Source: Balanoglossus misakiensis
Lineage: Eukaryota > Animalia > Hemichordata
DNA length: 64,000 nt
Direction of reading: 5' to 3'
NCBI GenBank assembly: GCA_040954595.2
Contig: CM082577.2
Coordinates: forward strand, 372,001-436,000
Below, one piece after another: positions 25,601 through 37,600 of the stretch (within the stretch, counting starts at the first letter, position 1; every line of letters begins with the position of its first letter). Below the pieces are notes generated by a model that did no database searches, had not been told where the DNA came from, and saw nothing but the letters and a program-made list of their open reading frames with translations. The position numbers were made by a program, and so were the translations under genes.

Positions 25601-28600
25601 ACAGATAATATGAACATTGGACTAACATATCTGGATTCGATCACACCTCAGTAGGGAGGCTGTGTATCCCCAAATCAAAATTTTCAAAATACCGGTTTTT
25701 GAGAGAGACACTGAAAAACGATGTTAATGGTTGACTAAAGGTAGAGACAAATATTAATGCTCAACTACTTTTAATGTTTCGGTTGATTTTAATTTACTTG
25801 GTTGGATTAAACACTTCAGAGTATAATTTAATTTAAACCCACGATTCTCACCCGAGTTTGCCACGGTTTGTGTGAATGCCCATAAATATCTTTTCCAAGA
25901 AACAGATACATGGATGATTATGATACGGAGAAATTTAGGAGAGTAAACCATAACTAATCAAGGTTCCTGCCCATCTTATTCAACTTGAGTAATTAAAAGA
26001 ATCTCTTCCAAATTGCTATTCAACTGCATTTTGCCATTTTCCTGGAGATTTGAGCAATATCTCACTTGTTTATGGTCCAATAGATATTACTGCATTTTTT
26101 CCAATTTATTTCTTATCAGTAAAGTTAATCTGTACAGAAACGAGAAGATTTAAGTGAGCAAGGGTCAGATTTGGAAACTGACTGATTTTCAAGTTTTTCT
26201 TCAGTTCATACATGTAATCTATCATCTCAAATTAAGCATATAATGTATAAACTCAGTTTAACTCTACTCTTTTATTAAATAAAACTGATAATTATGTATT
26301 TACTCATACAACAACAGATCAGTCCATCATCTACAGATGAACACGATTAAGGTCACTTTGTCATCAAGAATGCAACAGCTGAAGTCACAGTTCATGTATT
26401 ATAAATGTAATTTGCTTTCATCTGAGCCTAAGGCAAGCTAAGCACAATAAAACTAGAAGAAAAAAAAACTAAAATGACCTTTCAAAAACTCTACATCAAT
26501 TTCTTTAGAGAAACCTGAATGAACACCTGAGGAATTAGGCTTTGAACACCTTGTAACATTTTACTTCTGGAAAACATAATAGCTTAAACCTTTGGGATAT
26601 TTTTTTCTTTCTTCACACAGGTCAATGCCTATAGACAGAATGAATGCTTGCTACCATAAAATGCCTTTTTGAGAGTTTATAAAGCCAAAGTATTGTTTTC
26701 TGTCAACAAATGTTTATATTTATGCAGTACTATCTTGAAACGCCTTGGAGTCGTAATGACTTCAGTATCAGCAAACTACATCTTAGGATAAGGAATTTAA
26801 AAGAAATTCTAGCCCACAAGAGCGAAACTCACTTAGGGGAGAGCACTTTTAGTGAAAATAGCTGGCATATGCACATGTATGCGTTTGGGAACTCGGACTG
26901 TAGATGTTTCAAAATCAATGAGATTAAAGCTCTATATCTGATTTGGATAAAACTGTTACTGTACACAATTGGGATTTGCAGCTTATGGGATACATGCTGC
27001 AATTGTCGGGAAAATGCTATCAAAGCAGATCAGCGTTGAAATGAAAAGCCTGTCAATGCAAAAGTTAGACACTTACATCTTTTCTGGATAACGATGGGAA
27101 ATCTGGTCTCAGACCAATGTTTGTTTCCACAGGTGGTGGCTTGTCACTCTCCTGTTCTTCCTGTATTAGATCAGATAAGAAAATAGAGAATATTATTTTT
27201 ACATTTGGTCATATTCTAAAGTTAGAGGGCACACACATTTTTGTGATATTAAAATATCATGGCAGTTTAAATAGGGGCGACAATCAGAAAGTGATCAAAC
27301 TAAACTAGAATGCTGGTAATAAGCAGTTGCTGCAACTTGTATGGTTTCCTTATTATTAAAAAACATGTTCTTTGTATTTTTTGACTCTGATAACATGTGT
27401 GTTTGCTTTTAACATTAATGATCTGTTGGAAATATTTTTTGAATGCAAAATTGTTGACAACCCATACAATTACACCATAAAAAGGCTACTAATATTTAAC
27501 ACATTTTATCATATTTGCCTGCATTCTTGATTATTATCCTTGCGATATTTAAAATTTGTTGATCCAATGACTATGCCATGTCAGTTCTTTCATTTTTTGT
27601 GCCATTGCTCAAAATGCAAATAAAGACAAAGCAAGCCACTAATGCTACAGATAATATAGATGTATCTGAATACAAACACTCTTATCAATTCGGTAACTAA
27701 AGAAGAATAAGTTTAATGTAAAAAAACAGATTTTAACATATTCCAAGGCGAACAGGACACAGCATGATCAGAATTTTAATGCCCGAAGTTCATTGAATAA
27801 CTTCATGCATATTCTCTGATAGCACAAAGATCTCATAGTCTGCACAGCACAATTCAAAGTGACCTAGCTACTTTATATGATATGACTTGAATGCTGAAAA
27901 TATGCCTCATGAGTTTTCTTCTACGAACATTTCCAAATAGAGCGTGGCCAATCTCAGACACAATCAAAAGTAACATGTCGCGGATGCAAGCCTCAGCACG
28001 GTTGAGGATATTACTGCAATTTCACGCATAGTGAAAAACTTCCATAATCAGCTGAAATAACCCATAATGGTACCATTCAGAAAATTTGCCTGCGACTGTG
28101 AAATCTCTATATTCCAAGATATTTCAGCTAGTAATACAGCAAATTACTCCCGTAACTTCTGGCAATTTTGCAGGAAGCCCAGTAGCTTCACAAACCTACG
28201 TAACATCTGTCGAGCCGTGCAACACGAGGAGGAGACCAACTTTAATATCCTGCTTCCTGTCACTTTGAAGGTTGCAGCTAATCTTCAAAACCATTTACGT
28301 TGGCGCAAAAGTGTGCTATGAGACATCAAATGCCTTTTGAATATAAAAACACTTCTCCATACAGGAAAGAAATCAGCAGAGGGCCATTATGTTAATAAAG
28401 ACATTTCTGTTTTTCAGAACTATAGCATTAGACATTCAGCAATATTATGGAAATCATGGCAAATAATTGTCATTGAGTATTGTACATGTATCAGTATAAA
28501 GTCATTTGTTTTGCCTTTTTGCTAGGATAATGTTGTAAATTTATAGGGGGTGGGGGTCACACAGTAGAGTTGATAGAAGAAGGACTTGTTCCAACAAAAT

Positions 28601-31600
28601 TCTAGCCAGCTTGATAATATCATTTCTAACTTTGATTCTCGTACCACTACTAAGCCCAATATACAATCAGAAGCTGCACAGTGTGAGTGGCATATGCTTG
28701 AAATTAATGGAGAGTGGTACGGGAACCTGAACCAGATAAAAGCCTGTAAATTAAATCAACATTTAACCTTGTTGCGATGCAGCTAGTTGAACAAGGGCAG
28801 TTTCAGGAAATCAAGATCCGGTTGATGGCTCTTATAAAATTAGCCTTCCCCCGTTAAAGGGACATTAGCTGTAACTTTTGGCTTTGTTTTCACTATTTTT
28901 GTTCTGTGTACCAAATGCAATTTCTTGTTCTGCTCTGCTTATCAACATTGCCTACATGTGTGTGACAACCATTGCTATTGGTGACAAATGAAATCTAGTC
29001 CAGACATGAATTAATATTTTGTACCGCAACAATGCTGATTATATACATATCTTTAGTTAATAAGCTAGATACTGGGCAATTCATCATGCTTCAGAGATCT
29101 GAACAGGAAACTGCAGTAGATACTAGATACACAACATAAAAATACTGAAAACATATAGCCAAAAGTTACAGTTAATGGAGCTTTAAAATTAACTGACAGA
29201 TGGCAGCGGAAGTTTTGAGCCAGGCTTGGCCATTAGTGAAACTCTGCATGCATGCATGTTCATCATGGCCATCAACCATGAACTACATGTATTTTCAATA
29301 AACACCGGGATTGTAACAAGGGTCAAGTGTTCGGTTTTTCCGGCTTGTTAACTTTTTTTTCTTCTTCCTGTTACTTCATTAGCAATGATCTTAGCACACA
29401 AGGTTGTTCATGCATTGGACTCATGCCACATTAATTTTACATATTTATGACAAACTGTATTTCAAACATGGTATAGTAGAGGTATCACGATGGATTATAC
29501 TCCGACATCCTCAAATTAAGGATAGGCTAAAGGTAAAACTACGATTTAGTGCTGTTTGTTAAAAACAATTTTTCCCTTTTATGTGACAATTATAGGTTCA
29601 CTGTTTTCTCCAAAAATGAAACTAGACACCTTAACCTGGAGCACTGATTTCTTCACGCTTGATAGAATACTTCATTCTAATATTAAACTTAATTCACTGA
29701 GAGTAGCGGTAGATCAATCTGTGAGTATTTATGACCCACAGCTGTCGATTACAGTAGCCTAAGAAAAATCAGAAATGGATTTTTCAAGTCGGCAGATTCA
29801 CAGTTGAAGTAATGTTACATAGCTGGCAGCTTTGCTTCACTAAAAACTTGAATGCCCTGGACATGTGCCTGTGAATTCCTGATGTGGCTCAGAATCTGCC
29901 CCTGGACTAACACTGTTTATAAATGTTAAATATCTTTTAAATAGATGGCTCTGGTTTGTGAGAATGGACTTTTTAAGGTGTTGAGAGTGAAGTGTGAAGT
30001 TACAAACTACACTGTGAGGTACTTCCATAAAACCCCTCTCTTAAAAACCTTCAGTTTGCACTTTTTTTTCTACCATTTTCAGCAAATGATCATCTTGATA
30101 CTATATATGCCAGCATCAAGATAGTTGTTTTAATCAATAAGTGACAGCATGACTGGTTGTAGTTGGACTCATTGTCTTGAAAACCAAGATGTAAACCTCC
30201 AGGAACTAATTACGACTTGGAATATTACTGGTAGTTTGTTTGCGACTACATGCAGTCAGAATTTTGTAGATGTAACACAGTAGGTCTGATCCTAGCAGAT
30301 CTTTCTCCCAAATAATCACATATATCGTCTCCAGGTCATCAACTGGAATTAAAATATGCTGCCTTCCTTTCTCTGAAGTGTACTTGTGTGCTGCCCATGG
30401 CAGGACTGCAATTTAAATTGTACAACAGACAACAGTGGCATTTTGTAGTTAGCTACGTAATGACATTAATCCCGTTGTATACCCTGCAGGATTGCCGGCA
30501 TCGCTGCTAGCGCCGGTAATCATGTCAACTTGCAGAGAGAAAATCCTCACCTCAAAACAAACACATATCTCCTGATCTCTGAAAAATGACAAAACAGTAC
30601 ACAAGCATGTACCAAAAACTGCAAATCTTTATCTTGCAGGAAGACTACTTGATGCCAAATTGGCCATTTCAGGGAAACGAACAGGAATTCAAGTTCCTAC
30701 CTTTTCTTTCTCATTTGAAAGCTAAATACCCATCAGATCATTAAGCTGTCAGAAACGAACAAATTTCTAGCGCCAACCCAATGGGGTAAATTAAACAGCT
30801 TAATGGGGCAGTAACAGATCGAGGCCTACAATGACGTCAACAACTGGCAACAACACAATTTGAACATTACCCTAATTGCAAACTGTAATGAGCAAAAAAA
30901 AGACACACACAGACACGTAGGTAAAGAATTGTTTCCACAGGTAAAAAGTCCTTTTCCATGGGTAATTTTTGTACCACATGGCAAGAAAAACGCCAATTTC
31001 CATGTCAGTTGTCATTCATCATCCTCTGTTAGCAAAGATGCCATTATCTGAGTGTGATCATCTGCAACCTGAGACTAAATACTTCTCAATCTATGACGCT
31101 TTACGGATTGATTATCAGTTATCAAATCCCCCCTCTTAATAGATTTGAGCATTTAGGAAGGTTTAGTACACTCTCTTAATGAAACAGACCACTGGTAGTT
31201 TCCCCCAAATTATTTAACATTATTTAACATCTAATAACATTTTTAAAAACTCTTTGACGTCATTCAAATTTTTAGGATGAATCTAGGTTTTGACTACAGG
31301 TATCAACTAGTATTACATCTTAATGGGAAAAATGTGAATTTCAAAATCCGTCCACCATTTCAGATGATATGTACATGTACATAGTAACCGATGCATATGT
31401 GAACATTTTGCATTCAAGGTGTGTTCATTTGTTCTGAATGACTCATCTAAATTTTCAAGATTTATAAAAGAGTGAAAAATCTAAAAACTTCATTAGAAAG
31501 ATCTGATATTTCTGTTACACAGATAAAAGGATGTAAGCTAAATATGATTCATAAATTAAGGTCACTAGGTAAGACAGTTTCTGTTTTACCCCCTAGAAGT

Positions 31601-34600
31601 GTATTTTGTATAAAATGAGATAACTTTTAACTATAATGTATACAGTGAGAAAATCCATGTATTAATTCATAAAGACCAAAATTGTTAAAAAGTACTCACC
31701 TCGTTGTTTGCTCTTAGGCGTCTGTTCTCTTGTTTCCATGACAATGCTGTGAAACTCTCAAAGAAATTGCCGTCAGCTTCCTGAACCCTGTGCATGGCAA
31801 GAGGCAAACAGAAAGTATGATGAGAAGAAGTGGAAAAGGGCTGATGTTTACGCTCCGGATATTGATGTCATATGACGTGTCTCTAACTTCTAAGTCAGCA
31901 ATTTTGTTGTCAGTGACGACAAAACAGTTGTTGTTGCCGTGGGGGTCTATCTCGTTTGTCTTCTAATGTATCATACCAGAGCAGACTTGCCTCCAGTTGA
32001 CATTAATCGCCTGCTGAGTATATTCAGTCCTTTAGTTAGTCTGATGTGTTGATGACGCAATTTTTACCAATTTTTACCCCATAGAAGAATGACATGTCCC
32101 AGAAGACAATTCATGATTTTACAGATTTTTTTTTTTTTTGAGCATTCAATCCTGCAATATTTACACTCGGGTTTATAAATATCATCACATTCAGTCTGCC
32201 TACTCCAGGCCATCATCGCTTACTCAGAGGTCATTGACCTGAAACTCATGAGCGCCATAATGCCAATAATTAAATCAAGGATAACTGTATATCATACATA
32301 TAAGAGGAAAAACTGATATGATATACATGTTATCTGAGTGAAGCTATTGTCATCTAGGATGTGAAAAGGTAGATTTGTCAGTTCGATTGACCCTCCCATA
32401 TTATCTAGCCCATCAATCACAGCTGCTAAACACTCTGCACACAAATGATGGCACCCGTAGAAATTATCAGTTGCGAATGTTTGATGAGAATATAAAAATT
32501 CATGTGCAGATTTCATGGCGAGTTGAAAGGTCACATTAAACAGCATACAGCTATCATAACACCTGAGTCAATATTACTCCCTAGGGTCAAACACTCTCCA
32601 AACCAAAAGCGTTTTTTGTCAACTGAAGAACTGCTACTGTGGAAATTTACATTACACGTTTGAGATATCAATGTTTTTTTTTTGAGTGTGTGTGTGATAG
32701 AATTGGGGACTTTTGTTAAATTTGATATTTTTTTATTCTTTCATTTGATTCTTGTTTGTGTATTGGCAGCCTCCCACTTCTAATGGGACTGCTTGATAAT
32801 TTATATGTGAATGTATACAAAATGTACTTATCATTGTAAGCATTTACATAAATATTCACATGTGAATCAAACACATTATGCCCCCGAGTACATCCATTAC
32901 ATGCAAACTAAATGTTGAATACAGTATTGTGATGAAAAGTAACTAACAGAATGCCCTCCCAGAACAGGAACAAGCACACACCAACATTTGCAAACGAGAG
33001 AGTTCAGATCAGTCGAGAAAAAAGAATGAAAGGTTATGTGATCGTACATGATGATGTAGCAAATTTATTCAAATATATTCTAATAACATCTTTGCATGCA
33101 ACTGTGCTATACATTAATGCACATCGAGACTTTCACATTCAATTCAGCACAATATGCAGTTTTTTTTATGAATATTAAAGACAGGAGAAATTGCTGAATA
33201 AAACTTTTCTTTATGATTATTTCTAATATTAGTAACATAATAACATATACTGATTGATTGATTAATTACAAAAGAAATATACATCATGACAGTAATCAGC
33301 TAATGGCTTGTGAGAGCAAACACTTCCATTGAGCAATAATGTATTTAAACAAAAACCAATGCCAATACTTGTATATACACTGTAAACAAAATGTTCCTTG
33401 AAATCCGAAAAAAAAAATTCATATTGCAATTTTGGTGTGTGCACATCCTCGATCCATACAAAGGACCTCCAAATATCAAAAATATCTGACATTTAATTAG
33501 ACTGAATTAAGACTGGTTATTTGATGTTGCCATGGAGAAGAGCATAAACTGTCTATGCATTTCAGTCAGAATTTTCTATCGATCTTTTGCAAGAAATCAT
33601 TCAGTGTATTCTTCTCTGCTTTCCTTGGAAGTCGAAAAATCCTTTGTGCCAACTGCCACAATGGATAGTGTCTGACATGAAAAGATGAAAGATAAATTTA
33701 CAGAACTTTGTTTGCTCTTAATACTGGTTACAAATGTCATCATTGATCAGAGAAAACGAACCAGAGCTATTGTGTTCTGGAAAGTCTCTCATTGTTTTTT
33801 GGCCAAAACCAAGCAAATAGTCAGTCAATAATTTTCATAAATCATCATATAATTAAAAGTTGCAAACTTCTCTTGCTTATTAGTAATAGGCAAATACAAA
33901 AATAGGGAAAACTCAAGTTTTTTATCAAAAGGCCACGACAACTGTAACTTTTACTGCTATGTACCCTACCAGGGGTATACAACAGGCAACAGGCAGTTAA
34001 GTAATGGGTAGTGAAGTGTTGGAGTGGGAAGGGATGGCAGAGGGTGTGAACTTCCTTCTGTGGAAATGGAGCCTTTATTTGCCCCAGCAATAACCAGAGA
34101 ATGGTCCAAAAGTTTTCTTGAGTGAAATGTAAAAACAGCGTCGATACTAAGACACATGCTGCATTAGGCTGTCAAAGTCTCTGCATCTTTATCAGCTTGT
34201 GACTCAAGCAGACTAATTCCTATGTGATTCATATTTCGGCTTATTTCCTCTGATTTGATTAGGTTTGTTAGCTGTGGGCAATTTACCGGTTCCTCAAGAT
34301 TTTAATTCCACCTCCCTGTTAGCGACATTTCCCCACATCACGGCATGTCTCCATCACAACTTATACACACTGTATCCCACAGCACTCTACAGACATAGCT
34401 GCAGGAAATTGAAAGGGAAAAAACTTAAAGCAAAATGACACACTGATAAACGAAACTCCGTGGAGATCGACAAAGATCTACATGTGTGATATTTGAAGTA
34501 TTACACATCCTGAAACCAATCGACTCTTCATAAATGATGAATGGAAAAGTATGTTTTTGCACAAGCAGGTAAGGCAGCACTGAACATCCAGCGAATGCTA

Positions 34601-37600
34601 TCAATATGAGTTTATACTTCCCCCATTAATCCATCACTCTCACAACATCAGCATCCTCTAATACATCCTAATTTCAAACAGGCCAAAAAACATGATCCCA
34701 TGTCAAGAAAATGCCAAGTTACAATCTCAGGGCAAGCCGCAAAGACCGGGAGGTGCAGTACATCAATATTACAAGTACAATCTCACAAATGAAGTATTAA
34801 GCCACTTATCCGTCAATATAATACACATCAATTATACGAACATATGCCAGCAACCATTCATCTTATTCATGAATCATAGCTTTTTATTATAAAGATATAT
34901 CACAAAAGATATAAAAAATCAGAATTTTATTTTCACATAAAAAATGTGTTTATTTCATACACAAAAACAGCACCTTGCATTGTTCAGATGCATGCACAAG
35001 ACTTTTTGACATTTGTATTTTGCCAAAAATATCACTGCGGAGTTCACTACACTTGACTGAACCAAGATTCACCATTCCACGCTTGGAGGAAAGAATATAG
35101 TTCAGCATCTGAACAGAGAAAATATCGCTGGCTGTGCAACAAACAGTCTCAGTCCCTGTGCAATGGTGCGTGGACATTCTGCAATGTCACTTAAATGTCC
35201 TCTTCCTTTTAATACATAGTGCAAGGACAGAGCAAATCAGATCAATCATTCTTCTGAAACTAGAGTATGGAACAGGATTGAAACATTCTTCTGATATACA
35301 GTCTTTTATAATTAATAGGTCACGATGTTTAGTCATACTGCACTAGATACAGGGCTATATGTTTCTTCCGCACACATGTATTTGTACAAATCCCCGTTAC
35401 TGGCAGCTGAAGATATATAGCACAACAAGGGTAAACATAAAATTGCAACTTCCAGGCCCAGTCAAACACCTATTTCACATTATATCAAAAAATGAATACA
35501 GAGTGCCAACTGCCAAGAAAGAATCTAGACACTATATTGTGAAACAGGAGTTTTAATAAACAACTCTTCTTTGTTTGGATACGATGACTAACACTGATGT
35601 ATTAAATCCATAACACATCCTGTTGCAGTACTTGACTTCGGCGACCTTTATACAAAATAAACAGTCGTGTACGTGATGTCTGAGTGCCTATATGATATAT
35701 TGTCCCTTTGATATTTGACTTTAGAGATTAGACAAAGCAGGGCATTAGACCACCTGGCTTCCAGGTTCAGCTGAGGATTGTCAACATGAAGTGCTGATAC
35801 GCAAACAGAAAGCAAATAACTTGTTTTGTGAACATGCTATCATCTCGTATGAAATTATAGGAAAACTGTTTCACCTTTTTAATTTACATTGTAAATACAA
35901 TTAAGTTGGTTAATGGACGTACTTCTAACTGAGTTTCGGAAGAAAAAACTCACTGGGCAAAATGTTTTTATCTGCATGGGAATCAATGCAATACAAGACA
36001 AGAGATAACTCTCAAATGTTTACGAATTATCCTGAAAGGTTTCTAAGAACTGTAAACCTTGATAAGATCCCAAAGCTACACAAATGCTCAGTTTTGTCTG
36101 CCATGTAATGCCATTTAGGGGAGATACCTACAAAAGTTGCGATAAAATCTCTACGATGACGGTAGTCTGTCGACGAAGCCATGTTATGCACGGTGCAGAC
36201 TGCAAAGGCCGGGCCAAATGAAATAAATTGATTGGACAGCTTTAACTGTTTCACCAACTCTTGTCACAGAACGTATATTTACATCAGCAAGAGACGTAGA
36301 CACATTGAAAATGATTCACAATCTACTTCATCATAAGTCAAATATCATATCAGTCGCCTGACTCGCGTCATAAAATACATTAAGCATCCACCTGTGAGTA
36401 TACGGCAGAATTAATCAACTGTTACAATGTATCAGTTGGATGATCGGACCCTCCCCTTTTTGTAAAATATGTCAATTTCACTACAATACACCAGGCTTAT
36501 TTCTCGTAATGGAAAACATGAACAGATTGTCTGTAAATGATGGTTCTATCAGAGAATGTTGAGTTGGGGTAAATTCAACTTATGGTGCGAAGGCCGACAT
36601 TCAGATCAGCCCTGGCAATTAAATTATCTAGGGCTTTTCGAATTTGTTTAAGAAAGTAGAACCACAGCACAAACATGTGTAGAAGTAGTAGAACATCTTT
36701 CTTTCTTTTTTTCAATAAGCCAAATCGGTGGCTAGATTGGAAAACACTTCTTGAATGCATAATGATGGTTCTTACTGTTTTATCACAACATTTTGGAAAC
36801 TTCTGATCTTAATTTATGCAGAAATGTCATGGAAATTTAATGTACATTGTAAATTGTGACAGAACCACAGACTGTGATGTAATTGTCTATGATGTACTCC
36901 ATGTTGTAAAAAGATAGCTTTGCCCTACTGGCCACTTCATATCAATTGCAACCAGTAATTATCAAAACAATTTCATCAGATTCTATAGTTTAACGCACCA
37001 CCTTAAATTAGCAATATTAAAGAGAGACATGTTCTGTACCCAATTTTGAACAATGGGGCTTTTACCACAAAAGAGATAATTATGTTGACACACAATGTAT
37101 GCTTTTGAAATTATTTCCAATTTAACACTTTGGCAGAACATCCCATTGAGAAAATTTCTGTAACTACAATTCGACATCCTTATCTCAAAATTGTGGCCAA
37201 CTTAACAAAAACTGTTGGTTCAAAAGAGTTTCCATGGAAACTCAAATAGTTCAAAAGCACAGGGGGTACGATGATATGGTCCAGCGAATTCCACACAGAC
37301 CAACGGGGAAAATTGGCAAATGTAACAGTATTTTCATGATCATTTCCACTTAGTTTCCATGGTAACCAGTTAACAACTCAACCCTCTTTCTCAATTTAAA
37401 GACACTTCTCAATGCAAGTGCAACCACGCTACTCTTTGAAGTCATGGGCATAATTTTTAATGTTTGCACTTAAAAGTGGACAAAGTAATTAATTAATACT
37501 GTACATGCAATATATTCCTCCTAAATGTGGATTTTGCTGCCAGATTAATTGCTCTACTTAGTCAAGCATCAACGATTGATGAAGTGAACGCTTTGCTGCC

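Noticed and set aside
30551-30578. Small exon-like segment ttttcag|...GAG|gtgagg
   Set aside because: The first AG gives a 28-nt exon with an in-frame stop; the 21-nt alternative needs a downstream AG and encodes an unlikely EICVCFE.
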